Shown: positions 26,605-55,857 of the stretch, one piece after another
How the letters are laid out: each line of letters starts with the position of its first letter
How positions within the stretch are numbered: the first letter of the stretch is position 1
Assembly (NCBI RefSeq): GCF_009914755.1
Contig: NC_060926.1
From: the human T2T-CHM13v2.0 reference genome, Homo sapiens
DNA: 64,000 bases
Strand: one strand, 5' to 3'
Notes under the pieces: generated by a model
The model's database searches: none
Seen by the model: the letters and a program-made list of their open reading frames with translations, nothing else
Told to the model about the DNA's origin: nothing
Translations under genes and position numbers: made by a program

Positions 26605-27523
26605 CTGTCCAAATGGAAAAATTATTAAACAAATCTTTTTTAAAATAAAATGCTAGCTCTTGCCCTAGGCTTGAACCATAAATAAGTGGTGGGAAGTTTA
26701 TAGTCACAAATAGGTGGTGGGTATTAGAAAGCAGGATAAACTATCCTCTCACCCTTCCAAGAAACTGACAGTTTCAGTTTATTCCTCTTGATGAAGTAAT
26801 GCTAAATTTTTGTAGTGATGTTTTGGTATATTTTATTACCTGTAATTAATATTACTGTTCAAAATTTAGGGGGAATCTGTCATCTTCCTGAAACTTCAGA
26901 ATCACCTGGAGTAAGGGTCATTTGTATTCATGGTCACTGACCACGTGGGGTAGAAACTGCAAGTCATGGTTCCTTCAGGCAAAGTTAATAGTGGTGACAT
27001 GGAGGCATCATGATAGAGCAGCAGACTCCAGAAGCCAATTTGACTTTGTGATTTCTGCAAAAATTACCTGTCAACTGTGAGCCTGTTTCATCGTCTGTAA
27101 AGTTTGAATAATGATACCTACCCCGCCTGATAGAAGATTCTTATGAGGGAACATGATACGTGACCAGTAAATGTTAATGCTTTCCTTATACGTGAAATGA
27201 CATAAAATCTTGGAATATTAATAGATGGGAAGAAGATGTGTAATAAAACTGTCTATAAACACAATTCTGACAAATTTCAGAACTGGGACTCATAGGGCTT
27301 GTATTCAGTTAGATGACATGCTTTACAACAGAGATACTGTTTTATTTGTGTCACCTACAACATATAATCTGTTGATTGAGGTATGCCGAATAGATGAATG
27401 GCAAAGAAAGCAGACCTATAAAATATCACATAGTAAGATATTTATATTTAGATTTTTCTTATTTAGAATCTTCATCTGTAATGTATGATTTTGAAAATTA
27501 ATTCTTGGAACAACATGTTGCAG

Positions 27524-27663
27524 AGCCTCCATTAAGGCATGCTGAATTTACCAAAGAAGAATTGGTTCAGAAGCTCAGTTCCACCACAAAAAGTGCAGAT
27601 CACTTAAACGGCCTGCTTCGGGAAGCAGAGGCAACCAGTGCAGTCCTTATGGAGCAAATTAAG
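27524..27663 (+). CDS. RGPD4: RGPD exon 21 (GCC2-derived coiled coil), EPPLRHAEFTKEELVQK...MEQIK
   Basis: ttgcag|AGCCT...ATTAAG|gtgaga; 140 nt. Confidence 0.93.
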
Positions 27664-27804
27664 GTGAGATCAGAAAACCTGGCCACCATGAAAACTGCCA
27701 ATTTGGTTTTCTGGACCCTCCATACACATGTACCCAAGTTTAAAAATTCACATTGCAGATGCATCTATAACGTCTTGATCTTTATATTAGATTCCTGATG
27801 GTGA

Positions 27805-29273
<1,469 letters not shown>

Positions 29274-30230
29274 TAACTTTCTTGCCTAACCTAAAATGAA
29301 AATATACTAAAAGCTATGGCTTGGTTTCAACCTGGAAATCTTCCTCAAAGACTTGAACATGATATTACCTTTTTTATATCATTCTTTGCCTCATTTCTCT
29401 GATAGTGTTTTACATTGTCTTATATTCCTGAATTTTCACTGTGTCTGAACTTTTGATTAAGTGCCGTTCACTGTGGACGTCTTAACTGCCTGGGACTTCA
29501 GGAACAGCGTAGGGGCAGGGGGTTAGTGGAGGCTACCAATGTTCCCCTCAGCCCATTTTCAGAGCCCCATGCCATACTGGCTTAGTTTCTATCGAAAGTA
29601 GAAGGCAGAGGGAACATCTTGGTACCAACCCATGGCTCCAGTTATTTGCTCCTCATGGAGACGTTCCATCAGTTCCCCAGCTTTCAACTCCAATTTCCAT
29701 GATACCCTGTGCTTCTGAGACAAGAACTCCAGTATTTACACAGGATGCATCCTCTCCTCTTGTCAGTGATACTTGGTAAGCTGCTGGACTGACTCATTTC
29801 CACCTCTTCATCTGTTTCTCGTGAGAATTTCTTGATGTGTCTCATCTACTTTTTCTCCTCTTGTATTAGCTTGTTGCCTTTCTACTTCGCCCCTCTTCCT
29901 TCCAACCCAAATAGCTTAGGACAGTGGAGTCCTATAGCCCAACACTTGGTTCATATGCAGCAATCCACTTTCTAGGCAAATGCAGCTTTGAAACTATCTC
30001 ATAGTTGGAGTTCCGGTTTTCATGTCAAATGGATTTTATACGGTGATGTCATAAACTCCTTTGAAATGCTTCACATGCAGCTGCTGTAGTTAACTGAATT
30101 CCTTCCTTTATTGCCATATGGAGGGAAGGGGGAAATTTGGGGGGAAGAGAAGAAAAATACATGAGTTCAGTCTGCCATATTTAATCAGAAGCTCCTAAAG
30201 CCCATTTTTAACTCATTTCTCTAACACCAG

Positions 30231-30432
30231 CTTCTCAAAAGTGAAATAAGAAGATTGGAAAGGAATCAAGAGCAAGAGGAGTCTGCAGCTAACGTGGAAC
30301 ACTTGAAGAACGTCTTGCTGCAGTTCATTTTCTTGAAGCCAGGTAGTGAAAGAGAGAGACTTCTTCCTGTTATAAATACGATGTTGCAGCTCAGCCCTGA
30401 AGAAAAGGGAAAACTTGCTGCGGTTGCTCAAG
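30231..30432 (+). CDS. RGPD4: RGPD exon 22 (GCC2-derived GRIP domain), LLKSEIRRLE...HLKNVLLQFIF...AAVAQ
   Basis: caccag|CTTCTC...CTCAAG|gtgggt; 202 nt; GRIP core LKNVLLQF...LLPVINTMLQLSPEE. Confidence 0.94.
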
Positions 30433-30907
30433 GTGGGTAAAAGGAGAGTCTCAGAACTTCTGACTTCTAACTTAAACTAAACAGCCTGGTGGTTGAGAAG
30501 TTGTCTGTATGTGTAACTTTTCAATTTTGCTCATTTGAATTGGGTCTGTCATATGAGTAGGCCGTGACTAGATTTGAAAAGCTGACTTTTTAACATCTTG
30601 GGGCAACTGTAGTACATTTATATAATTTTAACGTTCAGCAAAATACAATAAGTGCTTAGCTTGATCTTCTAGCTCTTTGAAAATTGGATTTTTATCCTGG
30701 TGTTGCGTTCTGGTGTTCAGCTGAACGTGGTTTTGTTTTAAATTCTACTTTTTAAAAAACATTTATTAGTTTGTTCCTTTTCTACTTCACCCCTCTTCCT
30801 TCCTCCAACCCCAAATAGCCTAAGACAATGGAGTCATATAGCCCAACACTTGGTCTATATACAGCAGTCCACTTTCTAGGCAAATGCAGTTTTAAAACTG
30901 TGCCATA

Positions 30908-31957
<1,050 letters not shown>

Positions 31958-32309
31958 ATTTTGTTGTTTTTTTATCTATAACAATTATATATATAAATAT
32001 ATTTTTAATGTGCCACTTATTAATTGAAGAAAGTGGTCATTTATGCTATAGCAGTTCTATATTTGGGTTTTAATCATTACAGGGTAACACTGAGCTTGTT
32101 CCAATTGCCTATAAATAGGAAGATCCAGGTGCAATTAGGTGGGATGGTGGACAAAAATACATCATAGATGGTATTGTGTGCTTTCTAAGACATCAGGAGG
32201 CCCAGAATGTCCAGACATCTTACTTTTGACTGATTGACCTTATCTAGTTGGTGTTCTTTAACATGTTCCCCATCCCCTGTAAACCCTAATAACTAAACTG
32301 ATAAGAGTC

Positions 32310-32462
32310 ATCCTCAAAATTGAGCAGGCATCTGAATCATCTGGTATACTTACTAAAATTCCAATTGCTGGTCCCCAATTTCTGACCCAAGATTCTGCAT
32401 TTTTAGCAATTTGTTGCTGATACTTCTGGTCTGGGGCCCATACCTTGAAAACCCCTGGTCTA
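32310..32462. mobile_element. MER5A-like DNA transposon
   Basis: ctcaaaattgagcaggcatctgaatcatctgg...ccataccttgaaaacccctg. Confidence 0.6.
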
Positions 32463-33329
32463 GAGGCCTGATAAGATTCAGGCTTAATTTTTTTTACAGA
32501 CATACTTCATAAGTAGTATTGATAGTTTCTTTGAATCTGGTTTTTTATAATCTTTCTAATGATGAAGGAGGAATGTTCTCAATACTGACAGTAATCTCAG
32601 TTCTTCAAACTACAGGATAGGTTTCTATAGCCACAATAGTATTTTTGTCACAAGGGCCCAAATAAGAATACATCATGTATATTTTTAGTAGTTATTCAGA
32701 TTACAAATTCACTGTCTTTAATTTATTCTAACAAAAGTAAACCTAATTTTATAGTTATAAAAAAGAAGAAATCTACTTCTAGTCACCTAAGAGTAAAACT
32801 GCCCCTATAAAAAACAAGACAGAAATCTCAAAATTATAACTAATTTTATAGTTATAAAATTAACCAGGACTTTAAGAACGTTTGCATTTTAAAATTAAAG
32901 TTTTCAATAGTTTTCAATACAACAATGATATTATCTCAAAATACTGAGCATGTCTAACAGCCCTCTTTTAAAAGCTCAGCATGTTTAATGTAGATGTTGC
33001 TAATGTCCAGGTGGCTCCTATAAGTTAAGGGTCCATTGATTTAGAAGTTCTAAAAGAGACTAACCTAAGGGATACCAAGAACAGATATTTTTAAAGAATT
33101 TCATAGAGGAGATACACATTGGAAACCCAGAACTCTAAGATGTGCATTTGGTAAGTCCTGTAAACAGACAGGAAAACACATTTAAATTAGTTTGCCCTTT
33201 AAAGATTATTTACTACTTGTCTCTTATCAATGTGAGTACATAAAAGAGACCTTATTACAATTAAAAACAATGATGGTTTAGCAGCAGATTTAGATACCTT
33301 ACATTCTCTCTTTAAGAGAGAGAATGTAA

Positions 33330-34822
<1,493 letters not shown>

Positions 34823-36059
34823 TAAGAAATAAAAATAATATGTGAAACATTAGAATATGTTGAATCTAGTAAGGCTAATGTTGAATCTAGTAAGGATAAG
34901 CAATTATTTCTTGACACTCTACATATATACATGAGTGTTGGTAAATACCTGACTGTATCATCAGCTCTAGATATAAAATGTTTATGATGTTGGCTGTGAG
35001 TTAATGATGAATAGTTTTCCTTTCTGTGGGTTTGGGTGTATTTGGGAAACATTAGCTTAGGGGGTAAAGTAGGTTACCCAACTCTGAAAAGCAGCATCAA
35101 AATCTTTATAATAAACACATACTAGGGGCCCAACTTAAATTTCAAGCAGATGTCATGAGCTGCTCAGAGTAGCGTGTTACAACTCTGCGTTATAAGGTAA
35201 AATGACTTAGAGTGTAGCAGTAGTCCCCAAACAATGTCAAATAGACAGTGGTAAGTATAGATTGCTCTTCTCCTTGCATCACAAATGTTAATTCACCCTG
35301 CCCCCACACGCATTAAAACTCAGCATATTTCACAAATTGAGTGTTTCATTTCTATTTGAGATAGACTTATGGTAAGTCAGCTTTGCTCCCCAAATAAGTT
35401 AGCCATATAGTACTTCTATATGCAAAATTTGAATCTCAATTTTACTACTCAAGCCGGAAGTAAAAGTCATTTTTCTATATCTTCTTTGCTCCCAGACTGG
35501 GTTACAGTTTACAGATCTGAATATTGTCACTTGTACACCATACATACACAGAGGTCTAAAACTCTCTACAAGTAAATAAAGAAAAAAAGCCCAGCAACCC
35601 AATAGGAAAATAGGCCAAGCCTGTTATAGGCTTTTTGATCATCTCCAGACTGGCAGGAAGAGAATGCATACTCACACTGTAAGTGCCTGATTTGATTTGC
35701 AGAGGATATAGAACCTTATCAGAAAACAACCTTCCAAGGCAAGAGCAAATGCACCCTATCTAAGCACAGCTTTTCTCCAATTCTTATTTACCTAAGGAGA
35801 TGAATAGTTGCCAGGAACATTGTTTGCACAAGGGCAGGAGCCTGCCAGATCTGAGAACACAGCAAAATTTTAATTTTGTCAAAAATCTTATATTCAGCTT
35901 ACACCATTCATTGCAGGTGAACATACAACAGTGCATTTCAGTTTAGGGAAATGTTTACAGTCATCTGGTTCTCTTTATTCCTGGGAACAAGGTTACCTCA
36001 CTTGGAACACATAACCAGTGCCAAGTTGTCCATCCCTAAGCAATATCGCTTCCTTCTAC

Positions 36060-36570
36060 TTTCTAGAAGTTCTTCAGATTGTGGAAGAGAGACTTTTCAG
36101 AGTTCTTTGCCCTCATTCCCTCCTCCAGAAATTCATGCCTTTGTATAATCTCTTCCCCTTCAGAGCCAGTAGGCTAACCTAATGAGTTATTTTTAACCAG
36201 TAGAATACAGCAAAAATGATAGATTACAAGAGATTGTGGCTTCTATCTTGCTAGCGGACTCTCTCTGTCTTCTCTGCTTGCACACTTTGTTGAAGCAAGC
36301 TACCATCCCAGAGGCAAGGAACACAGGCCATCAGTTTAGCAGCCTTGAGGAACTAAATTCTTCCAACTACCACATAAGTTTGGAAGTAGATTCTCCAGTC
36401 CAGCCTTCAGATGAGACCCCAGCCATGCCAACATCTTGATTGCAGCCCTGTGAGAGACCTTGAAATAGAACCATTTCTGATCTCCTGACCCACAGAAACT
36501 GTGAAATAAATATGTGTTAAGGTACTAAGTTTGTAGTAATTTGTTACGCAGCAGATTGTAAATAACACGC
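36060..36570 (+). mobile_element. MLT1-family (MaLR) LTR
   Basis: ccttcagatgagaccccagcc...cccacagaaactgtgaaataaa...taatttgttacgcagca. Confidence 0.7.
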
Positions 36571-36699
36571 AGATAAAACCAGACAGAACAGAAAAATAAA
36601 ATGGCTTTAACTCTAGAAAGTTTCCCCATGTAAAATTTTGAAAATGCTACTCTGCGTAAGGTCAAACTGTCATACATATATACGTATGAAAACACAGAA

Positions 36700-37322
36700 T
36701 GGTGTCTGGAAGGGTAATGCCAAATTAAATCTTTATCCAAGAGGAATGAAAACCAGTATTCACACAAAAACCTATGCACAAACCTTGTGAATATATTAAA
36801 AACCAGTGAATTATGCACTTTAAAAAGGTGAATTATGTGGTATATGAATTATATCTCCAAAACATTTAATTAAAAACCTGTACACAATTATTCGTAGAAA
36901 CTTTCTTTAAAATTGCTAAAAACGAGGAAGATCTCAGTTATCCTTCAACTGGCAAATGAATAAACAAACTGGTACAGCCATGCAATTGAATACTGCTCAG
37001 CAATAAAAAAGAATGCACTGCCAGTACAGCAACATGGATAATTCTCAAATGCATTATGCCAGTTGACAGAGGTCAGACTCAAAATACTATGTACAGTGTG
37101 ATTCTACTTATATGACACTGAAAAAAGCAGAACTATAAGGACAGAAAACAGGTTAGCGGTTGCCAAGGAGTGGGAGAAGCAGCCAGGGAGAACTTTGAGG
37201 AGGTGAAAATGTGCCAGGCCTTGGTCGGTGGTGGTACGTAACTGTGCATTTGTCAAGACTCAGTGCTATACGCTGAAAAGGGCAGGTTTTACTATAAGTA
37301 AGTTGTACCTCAATAAACATGA
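36700..37322 (+). mobile_element. Old L1ME/MD 3' fragments
   Basis: tactgctcagcaataaaaaagaat...taagttgtacctcaataaa. Confidence 0.6.
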
Positions 37323-37740
37323 TTTTTAAATGATTAAAACTTTGGTTTTTGTTTGTTTTGGTTCAGTTTTAAGGTTTACCATAAATCTATTGGTTTTAGA
37401 TTCTAAGTTGTATATAAGCTTCTGTTTTAAAAGAATTTTTTTTAAAATCCTCTTATCATCAACAATATTTAGTTGTGCTGGAAATTTTATTTTGGAATTG
37501 TTTAATAGAGAAAGACAATAAATAATGTTCAAGAACAGACATTGATTCATAACATCAAAGTATATTGTGAGAAGATGGTATTTCAGAATAGAGGAAGAAT
37601 TTCTTATGTGCTGGTAAGATTGTAGATAATCATTTCTGCATAATTTTCATAGCTGGGTTGCTTTAATAAAGCCATTTAAAGGTTAAGTTCTAGATGCTTC
37701 ATGTTGCTTATCAATGTTTTAAAGCTAAAATAGAAAATTA

Positions 37741-38888
<1,148 letters not shown>

Positions 38889-40418
38889 CGTTTTATGACT
38901 ATTTATTGCAAGGTCAGATTTACAGATTGTTATAAATTGTTGAGAAATTTTTGTGATTAGAATATGAAGGAAAAAGCTTTGTTGGTAAAAGTGACATGTT
39001 AAGGGGCTATGAAGTAAATATGCTGCAGTTAATTGTGCTAAGTTAAAATACAGTTTAGTTACTTGCTTTAAAATAAACTCTTCTTTTTTTCTTTAAAGTA
39101 TACTATCTCAAAACTCATTATGTTGTCAGAGCCCTAGAGCTGGCTAGTGTAACACTGACTATGAATAGGTGGGCCCACCACTTGAGTTGAGGTGATTTCA
39201 TGGTGTCTTTCCAGGCTCTTGATAGGGTGTCACTGCATGCAAGCCATGAATCTGTTTTGAGAATCCTCTCCATTTTCCCAAATAAAAACCTATCCCAACA
39301 GTGACTATATCACTCAGCATTGGATCTAAATATAAAAGTGGTGCTTTCAGTGTTTTTGGCAGATAGTGTTCCATAAGCTTTCCATCAGAAGGGATTTTAG
39401 ACACCTTAGAGGTCCGTGCTACATCTTCACAGTTCCTCTGAATAACCTTAGGTGGTAGTGTTACTTGCCTTTGACACCGCTGCATATGTTTTAATGACTA
39501 GATCCAAACTGTGTTGTTCTTAAATCAAAAATTGGATAATTTTTAATATTTATGTATTAATCACATAGTATGCTCTCTGAAGTTCTCTTAAGCCTTCAGT
39601 TTATACTCTTAATTTTCTTTCTGAGCTGGGGAACTGACTTTGCACTTTGGTTACACAGAACATTGGTTTCCAATTTAGTTTAACTGAAATTTGCTGCTGA
39701 TATGTTGAGTTTGTTCTTTAAAAAATATCTCATATATCTCGTCTTTCCTCCTTAGAAGAACAGACCTAACTAGCGAATGTATGAATGAAAATGCATCTAT
39801 TTCAGAGCCGACATGAAGAGTTTAGTTTTTTTACTTTATAAACTGTGAATATGAGTATGCCAGCTGCATACGATGTAACTAATCATATTTAAATATATTT
39901 CACTTTCTCTTTGACTTTAGACCTTTTGAAGTCTGTATAAACTTGTTTTGAAATATAGTCTCCACTTACAAATGTCATAACAAAATACTTTTTTGCATGA
40001 TAAAAAATTGATTACAAAAGGCATATTCTTTCATGGTTTCTGCAATGAGAGGAAGTGTAATGATTATTTTAATATTTCTATTAAATATGTTTAACTGTAT
40101 ATTTTTATGGCAGCTCTTTTATGTTACACACTGTCTCTTTGGGGTTGTTAATTGGTTTCTGAAAGGGAACTTCAAACTCCTTTACTACTGGCCTTCCATG
40201 GTTGGTCCCTATTAGGTTGTTGTGAGAACGTCGACCAACTCTTTGATACCCGCCACGTAGACCGTAGTACCTGCCATGTCTGACACCCTGCATCCAGCTA
40301 AAACCAGAAACAGCGCTGGGCCTCCCTGTGGACAAGACATTGATTTGACCAGAAGCAGATGTCTGGCGAAGGCTGCCAACCAAAGGGTGGCCTTAGATGA
40401 AGGGCTTTGTTCAGTTAG

Positions 40419-47130
<6,712 letters not shown>

Positions 47131-47774
47131 TCGCTAAGGCCTTTTGCCAAGACAAATTAGCTCTTAGAGAACCACAGGATTCCTTTTGTAATGTATTACA
47201 AACTAAAGTCTTACCTACTCTTGAAGAGTAGAAAACATGAAAAAGTTCTATGTTAGCCCTTAGAATAATTAAAAATTCATAAGCTCTGAAATAAAGACAG
47301 GTAATAAAATCATTGCATATGACAAAACAAAAGTTTAAATTGGCGTTTGTAAACTCTGCATGAAAGCCAGGTTTCTCACTACTAGAAAAAGAAAAAAAGT
47401 TATAAATAAGCCAAAGAGAATTCCAGAATGAATCCTGTGGTGCCAAATATATGTTAACTACAAGGAATAACAGTGACCTTACACTGGAAACACCTTAACC
47501 ATGGGCCAAGGTTAAAGATATAACAGCATTCTCACACCCCTTGCACAGCTACCCCCAATGTTAACATAACTGTTAACAAATTATCAAAACTAAGAAATTC
47601 GTCTTGGTATAGTATCACTAACTACACTCCAGACCTCAGTCAGGTTTTCCCAGTCTTTCCTTCAGTGTCCTTCCTCTGTTTCAGGATTCAATCCATGATC
47701 CTTGACACTTGGTACTTTGTCAGATGTCCCGCTGTATGGGTTTGTTTGATGTTTTCCCATGATTAGGGATAGAC

Positions 47775-49246
<1,472 letters not shown>

Positions 49247-50087
49247 TTCAATAATGATCTTTAAAACTTTGTTTGAAATTATACTCATCATTCTGCTGAC
49301 TGCTGAATGACCTGGCACCGTCTCAGGGTTTTAGTCTGGAGTTTTTGTTTATGCTCATGGCCTCACGGAGAACAATATTCACCTGAAGTGACGGTGCTTC
49401 TCTTTTTATGTTGTTGAGAAGCATGATTGGCTCTTTTTTTGCAAAATTATTCACAAACTTAAACTTTGATTCAGAATTATTGAAGTAACATGGTGAGGCA
49501 GAGTAATATGTGACTTAAATTTTATGGAGTACTAAGGAAAATGGGCAGACTTAATATAAAAGTGATGCATTGGTGGTGCTTAAGGGCAAATACCGATAAC
49601 ATGGTGTACAAATAAAGGAGCCCGATGATTCAAACAGGTGGAAGTGATGGGAGAACTGAGTTGTCACACAGTACCATATCCACACTGTCACACACATCTC
49701 ACCTTTATTTATTCCCTTTTGCACTAACGTAGCCAGAAATGTGAAACGATGACAGTTTTTTCAGTAGGAATTTTTTTTTTAGTTTTTAGCATTGACCTTT
49801 GAGGTGCACTATTAAATTGCTCAGTCCATTAAAATAAAGGATTACTGATTTAAAAACTGGTTCCTTGCTTAGCTTCAGCAAAACAGCAAAGTCTACCACA
49901 TTAAATGTATATTGTTTATTTGATTTTTATTGACTTTGTTGTTTTATTTTAACTACTTAATTGCAAATCTGTCTTGGGGTTAACACTGTGTAAGAGTTTT
50001 AAGCATAAGAAGTTTGTACTTAGAGTTTAGATGTAGTTTTATATTTGTACATGTTGATGTAACATTTTAATAATAATAATTCAGGTC

Positions 50088-52442
50088 TGCTGGGCATGGT
50101 GGCTCACGCCTGTAATCCCAGCACTTTGGGAGGCTGAGGCGGGTGGCTCACCTGAGGTCGAGAGTTCAAGACCAGCCTGGCCAACATGGAGAAACCCTGT
50201 CTCTACTAAAAATGTAAAATTAGCCAGGCATGGTGGCACATGCATGTAATTCCAGCTACTTGGGAGGCTGAGGTAGGAGAATCGCTTGAACCCGGAGGTG
50301 GAGGTTGTGGTGAGCCGAGATCGCACCATTGCACTCTAGCCTGGGCAATGAGAGCAAAATTCTGTCTCAGAAAAAAAAAAATCAGGTTAATTCTGGGATC
50401 TGAGCAAAGTTTTGCTCCTTTCCGAGAGGTGAACACGTTACGCAATTATTAATAATATCCCTGTGGGAAGGGGCTTTACAACAAATTATTTTACAGGTGA
50501 AGAGCAGAAATGAAAACATTTTCTAGAGCCACTCCTGCCCTTCACACTCAGGAATGTCGCAGTAGTCATATCTCTGTTCTGGATCAGTAGTATAGCACCA
50601 GGGCCCCTGCGCATCGTTGTCTGGATTCCTCCAGTCCCTCTGAGGGGTGTGTAGCAGGTGAGAATCTGGAGAGGATGGAAGAGAAGCACTTAGACTATAT
50701 TCTAAAAATCAGCTCAATCATGTTTAACTTCATGTTAAATTCATGTTTAACTTTTTAAGAAATCACCGAACTGTTTTCCAAATAGCCTGTATCATTTTAT
50801 ATTCCCACCAGCAAAATATGAAGGTTAATGTCTCTTTATCCTTGACAGGATTGGATATCATCACACTCTTTGATTGTAGCTATTTTCCAGTGGTTGTGAA
50901 GTGGCTTTAATTTGCTTTTCTCTAATGCATTCTGATGTTGATCATCTCATGAAGTTATTAGCCATTCATTTATCTTCTTAGGAAAAATATCTATTCAGAT
51001 CTTTTGCCCATTTATTTACCTTCATATTTTGAAATACGATAGATCACAGGAAGTTACAAAATAGTAAATAAGTCCTGTGTACCTTGCATTCTTTTTCCCT
51101 CACAGGTAACCTCTTATATAACTATAATACATTATCATAACCAGGAAATAGATGATCTACACACGTTATTTCAAATTTCATCAATTTGACATGTACTCAT
51201 TTATGTGTATGTATGGTTCTATGCAGTTTTTTCACATATGTAGATGTGTGTAAATACCACCACAATCAAGATACAAAACATCTTTATCTGTCTTACGTTA
51301 ACTCCTTATAGTCACATACACCATTACCCACTGATCCTGGTAACCACTAATTCTCCATCTTGATAATTTGGCATTTGTGAAGGTTTTATAAATGGTCTCA
51401 TACAGTATGTAAACTTTTGAGATTGTCTTTTTCTGTTCAGCATAATACTTTTAATACCCATACAGGTTATTGCATGTATCAAGTTTCTTTTTTATTTTAT
51501 TATTTAGCTGTGTAAAGTTTCAAGAGAGTAATGATAAAACCCAGCTCATCTTTGATTCAGTGACCAACATACCAGCAAAGGATGCAGCACCAGTGGAGGT
51601 AATGTAGGCACATTTGAGAAGTTGACAATTACGCTTCATCAGATTTTTCAGTCAAAAAATCTGTTAATTTGCTCAGATTGGGAAATAAATTTTTTGTCTT
51701 TTTTTTTTTTTTTTTTTAAGAAAATAGACACCATGCTGGTCTTGGAAGGCAGTGGAAACCTGGTGCTATACACAGGAGTGGTTCGGGTAAGCAATAAGTA
51801 GCACTTCATGCCTTTAGTAGGACTTCAGGCTGCCTGCATGAATATTCGTAATGTTACTTTAGATTGATATTTTAAATTTGTTATGTTCCTGTCTGCACAA
51901 TTTGGCAGAAGAATTTTGTTAATAATTCTCAGTGAAGCTTCCCATTTAGGTGGGTCCTAATATGGAGGGCTATGGCTCACTGCTATTAAATGCATTGGTA
52001 CTCTAAACCTGTCACAGATGGGAAACCTTCAATGAGTATAGTTAGATTTTTTTTTTTTAAAGTTAAACTAGTTTTGAAATTGAAGCATGGGTCCCTTTGG
52101 TAAGTACTAAAGTTTTGGTAAAGTTTCACTATATTAAATGTGGTATATGTTAGCTGTATTTTTTTTTTTTTTTTTTGAGATGGAGTCTCACTCTGTTGCC
52201 CAGGGTGATGTCGGCTCACTGCAAGCTCCACCTCCCGGGTTCACACTATTTTCCTGCCTCAGCCTCCCGGGTAGCTGGGACTACAGGCGCCCGCCACCAA
52301 GCCTGGCTAATTTTTTGTATTTTTAGTAGAGATGGGGTTTCACCATGCTGGCCAGGCTGGTCTCGACCTCCTGACCTCGTGATCCACCCGCCTTGGCCTC
52401 CCAAAATGCTGGGATTACGGGCATTAGCCACCGCGCCCGGCC
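50088..52442. mobile_element. Alu + (50088-50381), antisense L1M fragments (~50740-51490) and Alu - (52160-52442)
   Basis: Consensus motifs. Confidence 0.7.
51508..51786 (+). pseudogene. Unprocessed ANAPC1 fragment: two exons, 51508-51598 and 51721-51786
   Basis: CVKFQESNDKTQLIFDSVTNIPAKDAAPVE | KIDTMLVLEGSGNLVLYTGVVR with intact AG/GT sites; recognised as APC1 sequence. Confidence 0.82.
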
Positions 52443-52579
52443 TATTTGAACGTTCTTATGCCTGTTACAAGTGCAGCAGCGGAATCTCCACACATCTTGC
52501 GTGCGAAAGTTTCCTGTAGTTCCTTTAGCATGGAGAGGCTGGGGAAGGTTACAGACTGATTTGTACTCTTTAGACATAT

Positions 52580-53217
52580 AGTTGATCATTGAACAACACA
52601 CGTCTGAACTGTTACACACAGATTTTTTTTCAATAAATGTGTTAGAAAATGTTTTGGAGTTTTGCAACAATTTGAAAAAACTCAAAGACAAACCATGCAG
52701 CTAGAAATATTAACAAAAATAGAAAAAGTTAAGTATGTCATGAATGCATAAAATGTATGTAGATACCTAGTCTATTTTATTATTTACTGCCATAAAATAT
52801 AACAAAACTATTGCAAAAGTTAAAATTTAGTAAAGCTTATGTACACACTCACAGATCATATATGGTGCTATTCTCAGTTGAGAGAAGTGTATACAAACAT
52901 CAAGATGCAGTATTAAATTGTAACTGCATAAATTTAACCGTAGTGCATACCACAGTACGGTAATAATTTCATAGCCTCCTCCTGTTGCTGTTGCAATGAG
53001 CTCAGGTGTTGCAAGTATCCACTTAAAACGTTCTGTGATACTCAACATTCCATCATGAGCAGGTCATCTCCAGTGAATTGCGCATCACAGTAAAAAGTGC
53101 CCTCTCCCTGTTCACATGTATTTTTTGTCCTGTTTCGTGCTGTACTGTAAACCTTGAATAACACCATGGGATCCACATGAAGTGGCACTAGTGATGCTGG
53201 AAGTGCTCCCAAGAAGC
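52580..53217 (+). mobile_element. Tigger2 (TcMar) 5' fragment
   Basis: TIR-like agttgatcattgaacaacac...; ends after atgggatccacatgaagtggcactagtgatgctggaagtgctcccaagaagc. Confidence 0.78.

Positions 53218-55857
<2,640 letters not shown>

Noticed and set aside
30042-30100. Possible C/D snoRNA (gtgatgt...ctga) within the GRIP-flanking repeat
   Set aside because: Imperfect C box, only ~55 nt, and no terminal stem; would need an Rfam or small-RNA hit.
30433-30440. Alternative ending ...AQGG* by reading into the intron
   Set aside because: A canonical donor and a proper downstream terminal exon exist; there is no evidence of intron retention.
40105-40383. 92-aa minus-strand ORF in a mildly CpG-rich patch after the 3' UTR
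   Set aside because: No recognisable homology, non-ATG start, and no supporting splice structure.
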